A DNA stretch of 64,000 bases. Source: Elsinoe ampelina (lineage: Eukaryota). Numbering within the stretch: the first letter of the stretch is position 1; each line of letters opens with the position of its first letter. Below the pieces are notes generated by a model. That model searched no databases. It was not told the origin of the DNA and saw only the letters and a program-made list of their open reading frames with translations. Shown here piece after piece: positions 23,094 to 35,631 of the stretch. The position numbers were made by a program, and so were the translations under genes. The stretch is from the NCBI GenBank assembly GCA_010093995.1, contig ML992509.1, positions 404,894-468,893 on the forward strand, in the 5' to 3' direction.

Positions 23094-23698
23094 AGTTTCT
23101 GTGTCGACGATGCTTGGTACATTGATGCTGCTATCAGTGAATGCGCTTACGTGAAGTGGGATGCGAGGGAAGTCGGCCGAGAAATCGGCCGAAGATGAGG
23201 CGGCGACTGTAATTGGCAAAAACTGGCCTCGACCTCGGAGATTCTATCACGAAGCAGGCACGCTTGGGTTGATCGACCAGACCTCTACACAATCATTGAG
23301 GCACGTCAATATCACTTGTGCCATACGAAGTAGGTTCTCAAAGTGCGTCCACAACGAATCTGCCGTACATGCGTGGGGATGAAGAAAAAGTGATGAAGCT
23401 GAGATAATCGAGAGTTGAGATGCAGGGTCCGCGAGTCATGTCACATGACGTAGATCGGACCCCAGAATCGGACGCGGCGAGATTGGAGATCCGTTGTCGA
23501 CCTGAGACAGGTACCTCGCTGGTATCGGACATTGAGACGGTCTTTACTCCATGTAATCTGACTAATGTCTACCGCCTACAGAACGATTTCCGCATCTATC
23601 GATCAATACATATCCAGGTCGAGCGGCACCTCTGGATATTCATTAATTGCAACCGCCGTTTCCCTATCATATTCTCGATCCGTTGCCACACATCCACC

Positions 23699-24796
23699 AT
23701 GACAAAACCAACATCGCGGGCGTCTCTGGCGGGAGCTCAACTGGAATCCCGATTGCAAGACGACATCTTCGGCCACGATACTACCAGATATGATGAGCAG
23801 TATCCTACCCTACCAGAATTGCGGCGGAAAGAGTCCCTTTCAGAGCCCGTCGATGTCGACCTGGCAAAGTCGAATACTGTCCTCTATCTCGCCTATGGAT
23901 CCAATCTTTGCGACGAGACCTTTTTGGGCAAAAGAGGAATTCGACCTCTGTCTGCCACCAATGTTGTAGTGCCAGACCTGAAGCTCACATTCGATCTTCC
24001 GGGCATTCCTTACTCGGAACCTTGCTTTGCTAATTCAGCACGGCGATCTCACAAAGACTCGGACAAGAGGCCTTTCTCATCGGGCAGCAAGACTCGAGAC
24101 TACCACAAAAATCGCTGGACGAAAGGTCTGGTGGGCGTCGTTTATGAGGTCACCAAGACGGACTACAGTACTATCATTGCCACCGAGGGCGGTGGTGCTT
24201 CTTACAATGATATACTCATCGACTGCTATCCTCTGTCTGACGATCAGAACGACCTCGTGCCGGAAGTGCCCACTTCGATGGCTTTCAAAGCACACACACT
24301 GTTCGCTCCTGCAGATCCTACCACGCGCCCGACCACTACCCTCGATGCACCTTTGCGCAGGCCCGACCCCTCGTACGCCCAAGCTTCTGCTCGATACCTG
24401 AAACTCATTACAGACGGTGCGAAACAACGAAAGTTACCCTACGAATACCGGCGATTTCTTGATCAGATCAGACCGTACACAATCACAAAGCCAAGCCAAC
24501 GGGTTGGCATGTTTGTCCTGATGACTATCTGGTCGCCATTCATCCTGCTGCTCTTCGGACTCTCAAAGATGTTTGCTGGAAAGGACGGCAAGGCACCCGG
24601 ATGGATAGCGTGGTTGTTTGCGGCTTTGTTCAGGGCGGTGTGGATATCCTACGACGACTTTTTCAAGCCCATATTTGGAGACGGAGAACGATCTTTGACC
24701 GACAACGAAGATCTGACAAGCCTGACACCGCCGCTCGAAAAGCGCTCATCGAGTCAGCGATCGCTCAACGAGAAAGCTTCCGCCCTTCCGAGATAG
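23699..24796 (+). CDS. GliK-like gamma-glutamylcyclotransferase-family protein with C-terminal hydrophobic helices
   Basis: GGCT signature LYLAYGSNL, plus FDLPGIPYSEPCFA, LVGVVYEV, IIATEGGG and SARYL. Likely ATG at 23699 (CACCATG). Confidence 0.82.
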   Translation: MTKPTSRASLAGAQLESRLQDDIFGHDTTRYDEQYPTLPELRRKESLSEPVDVDLAKSNTVLYLAYGSNLCDETFLGKRGIRPLSATNVVVPDLKLTFDLPGIPYSEPCFANSARRSHKDSDKRPFSSGSKTRDYHKNRWTKGLVGVVYEVTKTDYSTIIATEGGGASYNDILIDCYPLSDDQNDLVPEVPTSMAFKAHTLFAPADPTTRPTTTLDAPLRRPDPSYAQASARYLKLITDGAKQRKLPYEYRRFLDQIRPYTITKPSQRVGMFVLMTIWSPFILLLFGLSKMFAGKDGKAPGWIAWLFAALFRAVWISYDDFFKPIFGDGERSLTDNEDLTSLTPPLEKRSSSQRSLNEKASALPR

Positions 24797-25130
24797 ATCT
24801 TGAAAGACATGAATTCTCGGCATGCAGAGTGTCATCCCTTGTCTCCACATCTTACGTCACGTGAATATGGCATTGCACAAAGACAAGTTTCCCTCCGACC
24901 TTTGTTCATCGACAACCTGTCCCGACAGATCAATGCCGACAAGCATTGTCCTTCCTTTCAATCCCAATACACAAAGAATTGCTTTTCACAATGGATCGGG
25001 GCTGACTCAGGAATATCAGTTCTGCCATGCATGTCACTGTCTATCCTTTCTTTCCTTTCTGCTCTCACATCTTATTGAAATACCTTCTCAGACAATCACC
25101 ACCCCTCCATCCACACCTCTTCACCTACCC

Positions 25131-26234
25131 ATGTACAACCATGCTCTACTCGCCGGCCTGCTTGCTGGTCAAGCCGCCGCCGCAACCCTTCCACGGTACG
25201 TAGTCACAGTTACAGAAGTCCACACCAACACGGTCGTAGTACCTTACACAGGTAAGCCTGCAGCTCCAGCTCCTAGTTCAGCTCCTAGTTCAACTCCTCC
25301 GGCTCCTCCAGCTGCCCCAAAGCCCAACAATGGCGGCATTGGTGCTGTCATCGGCGCCCTCAACGGAGTGAAATCGAAGAACCAGGGCGTCAATAACGTA
25401 GTAGGAGCATTCGGTGGCATCAAATCGAAGAACGATAGCATAGGTAACATCATGGGCGCTTTGGGTGGCGTCAAGACCAGCAAGGCTGTCATGGGTGCAT
25501 TACAGGGTGTTCCCACACCAAAACTCAACATCCCAAAAGGTCCTCACGCCCCTCCTGCCCAGGCTCCACCAGTACCACCACCGGCACCGTCTGGAACCAA
25601 GAACATCTTTGGTGCTATCGGATTCAACGACGCCTTGCCAAAGCCAAAGCCGACCAAGAAGACCTTCATGCCTGGACTCGAGTATGTTCCGGATCGCAAG
25701 CGTGCCGTGGACCCCGAGATGGACGAGGAATGTGTCGAGACCATCTACGTGACTGCCACCAAGACTGTGGTCGTCCCGCCTACGACACTCCAAACTCTCC
25801 CTTCGGGACCCTCAACCACGACGCTCAAGGCTTTCGGAGACAATCCGTACATCACTGAGAGCTCCATTGCCGTCAAGCCAACATTGAGCGGTATCTTCCG
25901 CAACATCACCCAGCCGATCGTCACGGAGTCTTCTCTACCATACACAAGCCGCGAGCCGGCAACACTCAGCGAGATCTTCGAGACCACCAGCACTGTCAAG
26001 CAGACAAGCACCATCAAGAGCACCACCACCGTGCCCGCGAGCTCTTCGTCGACTGCTCCAACGGCCTCTTCCATCCATTCCACCACCACTTCTGCGCCTT
26101 CATCAACCAACCCTTGGGATTTGTTGATCCCCTCTCACAGCGAGGAGGCCTCTACAAAGACGGAGGCAAAGGAGCCTGAGAAGTCGGATGCACCGGTTTG
26201 CATCTACCCTTACCCAGGTGCTCCAGGATGCTGA
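25131..26234 (+). CDS. Secreted repeat-containing Pro/Thr/Ser-rich protein
   Basis: Signal MYNHALLAGLLAGQAAA; about 3.5 copies of a 17-aa repeat; RKR dibasic site; Thr/Ser-rich half; C-terminal CIYPYPGAPGC. Confidence 0.72.
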   Translation: MYNHALLAGLLAGQAAAATLPRYVVTVTEVHTNTVVVPYTGKPAAPAPSSAPSSTPPAPPAAPKPNNGGIGAVIGALNGVKSKNQGVNNVVGAFGGIKSKNDSIGNIMGALGGVKTSKAVMGALQGVPTPKLNIPKGPHAPPAQAPPVPPPAPSGTKNIFGAIGFNDALPKPKPTKKTFMPGLEYVPDRKRAVDPEMDEECVETIYVTATKTVVVPPTTLQTLPSGPSTTTLKAFGDNPYITESSIAVKPTLSGIFRNITQPIVTESSLPYTSREPATLSEIFETTSTVKQTSTIKSTTTVPASSSSTAPTASSIHSTTTSAPSSTNPWDLLIPSHSEEASTKTEAKEPEKSDAPVCIYPYPGAPGC

Positions 26235-26431
26235 AGCAATGCATGATGACCGTAGAGTGCCAATGAAGCAGCGATATGATCGATGTCGTAGTATATATAA
26301 CGTAATATACACAGCTCAATTGAGCTTTCTCCTTTTCCACTCAACGTGTCCTCACTGTGATAGTATGTGCAGTATTGTCAATAAACCTCACCCGCTTCCC
26401 TGTCTAACTGAAACACATGGCCCCGGAACGA

Positions 26432-27478
26432 TCACTCCTCCGCCACCTCCCCCAGAAACTTCTCATGCGCCCTCCTCGCCCTCTTCGCATACTCCCCCAC
26501 ATCCCTCCCTTCATTATAGCTCTCCGCCTCCCAATCAGGCCAATCAAACACCTCATAACTCCACCAGCCCACGAACCCCGTCTTCGCCACGGCCCTCGCA
26601 AACTCCGCACAGGGCAAATACCCCCTCCCCTCCCCCACCAACGGTCTATAATCATGACTCCACCTCCCCCTCGGCCTCAACCCATCCACCTCCTTATCCT
26701 CAATCGGCTTCTCCATCCTATACGCATCACTAATCTGCAACAGATAAATCTTCTCCTGCGGCACCGTCGCCGCCAAATCCCTCAGACTCTCCGCCCACTT
26801 CTCCTCCACGCCTTCCCCCTCCACCATCCCCAAGGCGGTGGTCGGATCCCCCCACTCCCCGCCCGCGGACTGGAACGTGTCCAGACACAACCCCACGTTC
26901 TCCCTGTCCACGGCCTTCACGATGTCCCATACCTGTCGCCAGCCCGGCGCGTGCGTGCTCCAGCACCAGTTCTCGTACGCCATGCGCAGGCCATGCTGTG
27001 CCAGCAGGTCCGCGAGCTCGCGCAGGTCCTGGACGATGTCCGCTTTCTTCGTGCTGATTTTCTCAGGGGCCGAGTCTGTCGATCCCACTTGCAATGTCTT
27101 GCACCCCGCCGCGAGCATGATTTCGATCCACCCCTTGGCGCGAGTGAAGGCTTCTTCCCGCTCTTTGCTGCCGCGTGGCCAGCCTTCGAAGTTGGCGAAG
27201 GGCTGGAGGAGCATGATCTCGAGGTTGAGGTCGGCGCAGCGCTTCTTGATGTCGGTCGCGGCGGTGCAGAGGGTGGAGAAGTCGGATTCGGAGACGGACT
27301 TGTTGGCGATGGAGGAGGCGTGGGAGAGGAGGTTGGGGAAGGAGAGCTCGATGCCGGTGAAGGAGGCGGAGGCGATGGCCTGGAGGATGGTGGGGAGGGG
27401 GTGGGAGGGGGAGGGGTGGAGGGAGCAGGAGGCGAAGGAGGTGGGGATTTTTTGGAGGGAGGAGAGGGTGGTGGCCAT
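26432..27478 (-). CDS. Xylose-isomerase-like TIM barrel, 3-dehydroshikimate dehydratase (QutC/Qa-4)-like
   Basis: GIEL, LQPFANFEGW, AYENWCW, GLCLDTFQ, LQISDA, WSHDYR and SYEVF match the AP-endonuclease-2/DHS dehydratase metal-site pattern; ATG at 27478. Confidence 0.8.
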   Translation of the reverse strand: MATTLSSLQKIPTSFASCSLHPSPSHPLPTILQAIASASFTGIELSFPNLLSHASSIANKSVSESDFSTLCTAATDIKKRCADLNLEIMLLQPFANFEGWPRGSKEREEAFTRAKGWIEIMLAAGCKTLQVGSTDSAPEKISTKKADIVQDLRELADLLAQHGLRMAYENWCWSTHAPGWRQVWDIVKAVDRENVGLCLDTFQSAGGEWGDPTTALGMVEGEGVEEKWAESLRDLAATVPQEKIYLLQISDAYRMEKPIEDKEVDGLRPRGRWSHDYRPLVGEGRGYLPCAEFARAVAKTGFVGWWSYEVFDWPDWEAESYNEGRDVGEYAKRARRAHEKFLGEVAEE

Positions 27479-28035
27479 GGTGATGTGTTGGGATGGTTGG
27501 GGATGGAGGTGTGGTTGTTGGTTAGGATGGATGGAGGGTTGTAGACTTACATGGTGACTTACTGATCTATTAGAGATATCTAGAGGCTTGTCGTTGTGAG
27601 CCGTCAGAATGTCGTGTAGAGGTAAAGTCAATGTGACCTCGAGCTGCAAGGATGCACGATGACGTCTCTTTGTTTGGGGGAGCTTGAAGGTTCCTGAGAG
27701 CTCCAATCTTTCCCGACTTCACGTGTGTGTCCTGCTCCACGACAACTTCGCGTCCCAATCGTCCTCCAATGATTGCGATGAGGCAGCCTTTTAAAGGTCA
27801 ATGATCGGCCTGATGAAGTTTCTGCTTTCAATTTGTTGGTGCCTGTCCTAGAGTTCAGAGGTGAGAGACGATCTACATCGACGTCATCAGCAAACATACA
27901 TTCTTGATCTTCGAATGCTCTTGCTTCTATGATCTATCTAGATGCTAAGATTTTCTATCTCTCATTGCTTTTCTCCAGAAAGTACCAGCGTGGACAAATT
28001 CAGATTGTCCTCTGAGCATTGTCTGTTCACCCATA

Positions 28036-28740
28036 ATGCCTCCCAAAAAAGCTGCTTCGACCAGCAACAAGCGAAAGTCTACCGATAACGCACCAGCACC
28101 AGAAGCCAAACGCTCTCGCACCAAAGATCCAAAAGCCTCCCATCTCTACACAGATGATAATCCCGAAACCACGCTCCATGGTACGGGCTTCAAGGACAAA
28201 GCGACGGCCCTGCACACGATCGAACTCGTCTCGCAGCGCTCCGTGACGTATCAGTTCCAAACGATCAACACCATGCTCTACCGCGCCCGCGGTCACGCGC
28301 ACAAGACATCAGGTATCGAAGACGCGATCAAAATATTTCAAGAATGGGTCGATGGGTACAGAGGCCGGAAAGCAGAGCTGCGGCAATTTCCTTTGCTCAG
28401 CAAGCCCAAGGTCAAGACCTACCTGGAACGTTTTGATGATGGAGACTTTGGAGTGAAGAAGGAGCTGCAGGAAGTGCATGGCCTGAAGGAAGCAGAGGAG
28501 TTCGCCAGGATGTATGTTGATCTAGGTGCGAGGAAGAGATTGGCGAATACACTGGTTGATAACAAAAAGCCCGAGGGAGAAGACTGGGAAGTGCGCAGGT
28601 ATAAGCACCTATGCTCGCTGGTAAAGGAAGGGAGGAAGTGGGAGACGGGGGAGCTTTGGCTTGATGAGAGGGAGAGGAGACCAACCGGAGAGCATTTAGT
28701 GATGATCCTCTGGGGATATAGTCCGAGCAAGAAGACTTAG
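28036..28740 (+). CDS. Conserved hypothetical protein (LYTDDNPETTLHGTGFKD motif)
   Basis: 234-aa intronless ORF; basic NLS-like N-terminus followed by a globular-looking region. Confidence 0.75.
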   Translation: MPPKKAASTSNKRKSTDNAPAPEAKRSRTKDPKASHLYTDDNPETTLHGTGFKDKATALHTIELVSQRSVTYQFQTINTMLYRARGHAHKTSGIEDAIKIFQEWVDGYRGRKAELRQFPLLSKPKVKTYLERFDDGDFGVKKELQEVHGLKEAEEFARMYVDLGARKRLANTLVDNKKPEGEDWEVRRYKHLCSLVKEGRKWETGELWLDERERRPTGEHLVMILWGYSPSKKT

Positions 28741-29126
28741 AACGCTTGCTCACTCATACATGTTGATAAAGCGGGATAAGGTAGAACGAGGGGTCCAGCT
28801 CCGCGTCAAAGCTCCGACAAAGCGGGGCCACCATGACGTCGCTCTTGAAGGTCAAGGACAATATATTTCGTTGTGCGAATGACCACGAGTTGGTCCTCTG
28901 GCAGCTGAACAATCTCAATTGATACAAGAACCCGTTGCTAAAGGCTTTACAAGTGCTCACACCACGGTGCAAAGGCCTAGACCCCTCTTCAAGTCTGGTC
29001 TTCACATGCCCTGAATTGCCTCCCGAGATCGGCGAATTTCACCTCTCGACTCACACTGCGAATCAGGGCTCAAACAATTTTATTGCTCGCCCAGGAAACC
29101 TCACCATCTTCCCCACCACCGCGACA

Positions 29127-30348
<1,222 letters not shown>

Positions 30349-30983
30349 ATCACATGCCGGCATTATGGAGTTTCGGATGTCACTGGTAAAAGCACTTCAT
30401 CTCAAGGACGACGAATAATGAAAATTCTCGGCCACTTCCTGGACAAGCGATTGTGACCGTTGCGTGAAAGTAGGGCTGATGCAGAGCCGCATTCCCAAGC
30501 GTTCATCAAGCTTTCGGACTTGCGGAGCTCATGAACACAAATTTCCACCCTGGATGAATGCTGTTATCCACCCGTGACCTGGCTATGTAGCTACTGGACG
30601 CGATCAAGGATTTTACAGGTTTTAAATGACTAAGTGCCGCCACTACCGATCTGCCTGTCAATCTAGCGGTTCCCCAGTCCAACCACGCAAAGATGGGGGG
30701 ATCCCGTGGGGAAAATTCAGGCTCAAGCTTGATATTCCGGTTAAATGCTGCAGCCACGCGGCAAAAAGGTACCACCATTCATACACCCTATTCTGTAGTA
30801 CCCTGTAACTAAATTTTTAGAGGCGATCTGGATGTTTCCACCTGGTATCCAATCCAGAAGGTGCCGGGTGATGTTCGAGCATACGACAACCCCTCACAGT
30901 GGTCCCTATAAGGACTGCGGCGTCGGCACAATGGGGACATGTCAACATCTCATCCTCAGGACAAGTATTCACATCAGCTCAAG

Positions 30984-33131
30984 ATGGGTCTTATTGCAGG
31001 TCTCGCGATAGCCGCCGTCTGTGCGGTTGGCATCGCTGCTCATCCATCCTCCGTCAAGCCACCACCGCCGCCCCCAAGCGGACCGTCCAGCAACCTGACT
31101 ACCAGTCAAACATCCTTGACCTTCTTGTACAACAACAACCTCAACTTCACGGACGATGCGAACCACATCGGAGCTATTTTGCTGGATCCTCTGCCGCCAC
31201 CAGCGGCATTATCAGCCTGTGCTGTGGTAGGCGAGACCCTCCTCACACGAGCTGCTCTTCAGGCACACTCGGACGACTTTGTCTCTCTGCTCTCGTATCA
31301 AGCCTTTACTGGTCGAGCACTCTCTGGACAATCATATCGGATTGCGGATGGCACGGTCCAGGTCAGAGAAAGACGTGGCGCAAGTTCGCTGGACTTTGGT
31401 CCGGCCGCGAGCGGCCCAGCTCCCCTACCAGTCCTCTGCACGCAGTCCAGCAACCAGAACATGCCGTCGAATGCTCAGGCTACCACGACGAATCGTGTGA
31501 CGGTCGCGAGTGGCTCCAACACCTACACTGGGTTCCGAAACCAGAAGTCTTTCCGTTTCCTTGGTATCCCGTACGCGAATCCTGTCGGCCGATTTGAGTA
31601 CTCTGCCTTGTCCACTGCTTCTGGGCAAGCATATGATGCTACCAAGTACGGCGGGCAATGTGCTCAGCCATACAACGCGGGGTCCATTGAAGACTGTCTG
31701 TTCCTCAACATTCAGACACCCTTTATTCCCAAGTCTTCAGGGGCCCCAAAGGCACCCAACAATCGACTTCGACCTGTCCACTTCTATATCCACGGTGGCG
31801 GCTTCACCGGCGGCACTGGCTCCGACGCAGGTTCAGACGGAGGCCAATTGGCATCTCGTGAAGACATCGTGGTCGTCACCATCAACTACCGTCTAACCAC
31901 ACTCGGTTTCTTGGCTATTCCAGGCACGGATATAAAAGGCAACTACGGTATCGGCGATCAGATCAATGCTCTCAAGTGGGTCAACGCCAACATCGCCGCA
32001 TTTGGCGGAGACCCAACCAAGATTGTCATCAACGGTGCTTCTGCCGGTGCTGGCTCCGTCCGAACCCTCCTGGGCAGCCCTCCAGCTCGCGGCCTCTTCC
32101 GCGGCTCCATCGCCATGTCCAATCTCGGCGGAGGCCAAACCCTCAGGCTCACCGGCGACTACTCCACCACCTACAGCCAGTACCTCACCATCGACCAGTC
32201 CTACGCCCGCGCAGGCCAACAAATCTTCCAAGCCGTCGGCTGCAACCAGACCGCCATCGCCGACCAAATCGCCTGCCTCAAAACCATTCCCGCCCAGACC
32301 ATCGTCAACCTCCCCACCGTCGCCCGCTACGTCGTCCAAGACGGCACCATCGTCAACACCCCGCGCCTCGACGTGACCAACAGCGTCAACGGCACCGCCC
32401 ACGTCCCCACCATCTGGGGTATCGTCGCCGACGACGGCGCCTCCTTCTCCACCTACCCCACCACCCCCGTGACATCCGAACTCGCCGGCCTAACCATCGG
32501 CCTCGGCATCTCCACGTCCTACGCCCAATCCATCATCGACTCGGGCCTCTTCCCCTACCACGACACAGGCAACATCACCCTCGACAGCTTCAACGTCACC
32601 GCCCGCGTCGCCACCGACAAACAATTCCGGTGCATCGACCAAGCCACCGTCTACGCGGGCGTGACCACGGGCGCCTTCCAGAACAGCTGGTTCTACGAAC
32701 TCGAGCGCGCAAAGGGCGGCTACAACCCCAACAACGTCGACGGCTCGGGCCCTGTGGAACCGGGCTTCCCCTACGGCAACCCCAACAAGCCTTACTTCCG
32801 CCTCCACGGCGCCGACGGACCGTGGGCGTTTGGCAACCTCTACCCGTTGCGCGACGCCGACGATCTATACTCCACGCAGCTTACCGTGGCGTATTTCGGT
32901 GCGTTCGTGAGGGGGTTGAACCCGAATCCCGACGCGGGGTATTTGGAAGTCAGGGGTTATCGGACTGTGATTGACGGGGTGGAGAGGAGTGGGGAGTGGG
33001 AGAATGTAAAGGGGGAGACGGGGCCGATCAAGGCGTTGGATGTGGTGAGTCGGACGTTGGATTTCAAGGACTTGGAGCAGTGCAGGTTTTTGAATTATAG
33101 TGTTAGTTATTATCTTGATGGGGGGATTTAG
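30984..33131 (+). CDS. Secreted type-B carboxylesterase (cholinesterase-like alpha/beta hydrolase)
   Basis: Signal peptide from ATG 30984; FLGIPYA, EDCLFLNI, HGGGF, NYRL, FGGDP, nucleophile GASAG and LHGAD. Confidence 0.9.
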   Translation: MGLIAGLAIAAVCAVGIAAHPSSVKPPPPPPSGPSSNLTTSQTSLTFLYNNNLNFTDDANHIGAILLDPLPPPAALSACAVVGETLLTRAALQAHSDDFVSLLSYQAFTGRALSGQSYRIADGTVQVRERRGASSLDFGPAASGPAPLPVLCTQSSNQNMPSNAQATTTNRVTVASGSNTYTGFRNQKSFRFLGIPYANPVGRFEYSALSTASGQAYDATKYGGQCAQPYNAGSIEDCLFLNIQTPFIPKSSGAPKAPNNRLRPVHFYIHGGGFTGGTGSDAGSDGGQLASREDIVVVTINYRLTTLGFLAIPGTDIKGNYGIGDQINALKWVNANIAAFGGDPTKIVINGASAGAGSVRTLLGSPPARGLFRGSIAMSNLGGGQTLRLTGDYSTTYSQYLTIDQSYARAGQQIFQAVGCNQTAIADQIACLKTIPAQTIVNLPTVARYVVQDGTIVNTPRLDVTNSVNGTAHVPTIWGIVADDGASFSTYPTTPVTSELAGLTIGLGISTSYAQSIIDSGLFPYHDTGNITLDSFNVTARVATDKQFRCIDQATVYAGVTTGAFQNSWFYELERAKGGYNPNNVDGSGPVEPGFPYGNPNKPYFRLHGADGPWAFGNLYPLRDADDLYSTQLTVAYFGAFVRGLNPNPDAGYLEVRGYRTVIDGVERSGEWENVKGETGPIKALDVVSRTLDFKDLEQCRFLNYSVSYYLDGGI

Positions 33132-33182
33132 GCGGAGGCGTAGATAGGGGTGGTCAAAATAGGATGGATTGTGGATATGGGG

Positions 33183-35144
33183 TTATTCTACGTCTACGCT
33201 GACGATCTTCACTTCGTCCACGGGCTTTTCTTTGAATACCTTGACGTTTTCGATCATGTGTACGACGTCCATGCCCTTGACTACACGGCCGAACACGGTG
33301 TGTTTATTGTCCAACCATGGTGTCTTCTCTGTGGTGATGAAGAATTGACTGCCGTTGGTTCCTGGTCCGGCATTGGCCATACTGACGGTGTAGGGCTTGT
33401 CGTGTCGTAATTCGGGTGTGAACTCGTCTCCGAACTCTTTGCCCCAGATACTTTCGCCACCGGTGCCGTCCCCCAAGGGATCACCGGTCTGGATCATGAA
33501 TTTTCTAATGACACGGTGGAATGTCAGATTGTTGAAGTAGCCATTGCGAGAGTGCACAGTAAAGTTTTCGACGGCTTTTGGGGCATGATGGGGGAAGAGG
33601 CGGAACGTGATGTCTCCAAGAGTGGTGTGCAGGGTGGCCATGTTGCCGAGCTGAGCTTTCTTCTGGGCTTCGGCCGCGGCGGATTTGGCGGTAAGTGATC
33701 GAGGTTTTTCGTTGTGGATGTCCCTGTCGGACTTGACAATGTCTGTGTCATTGGTGAACATGTAGAATCGGATCTTGCCTAGGCCGGTGCTGACGAGCAT
33801 GGCATCGCGAGCCTCGGCTTCTTGGAGGAGAGGGTTGTCAGAGGCGGCCATCTGGACTGTCACCACACCCTTTTTCTCAGGTTGGCCTTGATAAAGAGTG
33901 AGGTTGATGGGTCGAAATGGTTCTTCACGGCCAAAGACTTTCACAACCCGGTTGGTGAGGGTGTTGAGAACTTTGACACCAAAGAGAGAGCCATAGAGGA
34001 TAAAGTTGGATGTCTCGTCGAAGATTATGTTGATCCGTCGCTTGACCAGTGGGTGGTCCAGATCTCGTTCTACGCCTAATCTGCGTCCAAATTCAACATC
34101 GTCCAATTTTTCAAGTGCAGTCCCTGCTTGTTGCATCTCTGTGATAGTCGATATCGACTCGTCGTAAGTCCGATATAACTTTCCTGACGCGAATTCGAAG
34201 AGCCGGATCTTGCGGTCTGGAAAGGAGAAAGCAGCAAAGTACTCCCCGGATGGTGATATCGTAATGCTGGATGGAGAAGACTTTGCCTTCTTAAATTCAA
34301 AGAGATTCGTCGAGCTCTTCATCTTGAAGACTGTTTCTGGTTTCTCGTAGCTTCCTGTTGGTTGCCAATACTCCACCATGCCTGATTCGTCTGCCGAGAC
34401 TACACAATCGTAATGTGTGTTGTACGCCATTGCTTGAACAGGTGACCTGTGGAGCTTGCTGATGGTGTGCATTGGCTTCATCTGCTCACCCCGACCATCA
34501 TAAATATCAATCGTTGGAGCTCCCTCATGCGACACGGCCAGGAGAGGAAATGAAGCACCTCTTCCATGCACGTAGCAGACACATTTTGGCGCCCTCTCCG
34601 GCGTGAGCTGGGCCAGTAAATCAAACGTGACAACATCGAAGATCTTGACCGTGCCGTCCTCCCCAGCAGTTGCAAAGCTTCGCCCATCCGCGCTTACAGT
34701 CACGCTCAGTATCTCGCCTTCGTGCGCCTTGAATTCTTTCACAAAGTCGATGCCTCCCGAAGTCTTCTTCCAGAACTTGACAAAGCCGTCTATCGAAGAA
34801 GTGATTAGGAAATCGGTATAGGGGGTGAATGTATTGAAGCAGAGCTGGTCCTTATGCATCATCGACTTGGAGTACCGTTGCGACTTTGGAAGGGCTGCAA
34901 CATAGAGCTTCTCGTAAGGTAACCTGCGTCGCTTCTTCTTGGGCGCCTCCGAGGGAAGAGCTGGGCCGACATCGTTGTCGGAATCGGACGAGGTGTCTGA
35001 CGAGGTCAGTATGGTCAACGTGAAGGTAGAGAATTGCTCACCATCAGACTCATTCGCGTGGCCATTGCGGTGAGTCGCTGAGGCCTGTTCTGCTTCCTCT
35101 CGCGATCGCTTCACCCCATGCGATCCCCCATTCGTGTCTGCCAT
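33183..35144 (-). CDS. PPWD1: WD40-repeat cyclophilin (PPWD1/Cyp15-like peptidyl-prolyl isomerase)
   Basis: [10 protein letters not shown] repeats, then a cyclophilin domain ([42 protein letters not shown]). ATG at 35144; in-frame intron 34997-35041. Confidence 0.93.
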   Translation of the reverse strand: MADTNGGSHGVKRSREEAEQASATHRNGHANESDGEQFSTFTLTILTSSDTSSDSDNDVGPALPSEAPKKKRRRLPYEKLYVAALPKSQRYSKSMMHKDQLCFNTFTPYTDFLITSSIDGFVKFWKKTSGGIDFVKEFKAHEGEILSVTVSADGRSFATAGEDGTVKIFDVVTFDLLAQLTPERAPKCVCYVHGRGASFPLLAVSHEGAPTIDIYDGRGEQMKPMHTISKLHRSPVQAMAYNTHYDCVVSADESGMVEYWQPTGSYEKPETVFKMKSSTNLFEFKKAKSSPSSITISPSGEYFAAFSFPDRKIRLFEFASGKLYRTYDESISTITEMQQAGTALEKLDDVEFGRRLGVERDLDHPLVKRRINIIFDETSNFILYGSLFGVKVLNTLTNRVVKVFGREEPFRPINLTLYQGQPEKKGVVTVQMAASDNPLLQEAEARDAMLVSTGLGKIRFYMFTNDTDIVKSDRDIHNEKPRSLTAKSAAAEAQKKAQLGNMATLHTTLGDITFRLFPHHAPKAVENFTVHSRNGYFNNLTFHRVIRKFMIQTGDPLGDGTGGESIWGKEFGDEFTPELRHDKPYTVSMANAGPGTNGSQFFITTEKTPWLDNKHTVFGRVVKGMDVVHMIENVKVFKEKPVDEVKIVSVDVE

Positions 35145-35631
35145 GACCTCACCGGAAGTTGGCTGAGTATTTGAGCAACCAAAAATTTCTTGGGCCCTTG
35201 TTAGTAGGTCGTCCCTGGGGAAGTGAATATGGTTCACATGGAGAGTGGTTCATCAGAAAACGGCTCAATCCTCCTCCTGGCTCCTTCCGGTCAAACGCCG
35301 ACAAGTGCCCGAAAAAGAGCCGCATGCCAGCACATCGAGCTGTGCCTCTTTCCCCACTTTCACCACTTTCGACCTCCAATCAGCGACCACTTTCGAGATT
35401 AGGCCAGTCAAGCGTGCATGAAACAAAAAAGGCAGGGTCACACACCGTAAGTGGTGATATGCAGGCAAGTAGCACAAAGGCAATGCTGCGCCCTGGGACG
35501 CCTTTCTATTTCTATGGTCCTCAGCCCCTACCATTTCCGTGTCTACCATAGTACAGTTTCCTCAGTCCTTGGTAGAGTATTGTGATTCGTCTACAGCATT
35601 GCCTCGTCCCTGGAGCGGAGTCGGTAGCGAG

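Noticed and set aside
29040..29060. Possible Gcn4/CpcA site upstream of ARO3
   Set aside because: The sequence is CGACTCA, not the TGACTC core.
31976..32974. 332-aa Arg/Pro/His-rich alternative-frame ORF inside the esterase
   Set aside because: By-product of C-ending codons in a C-rich arm.
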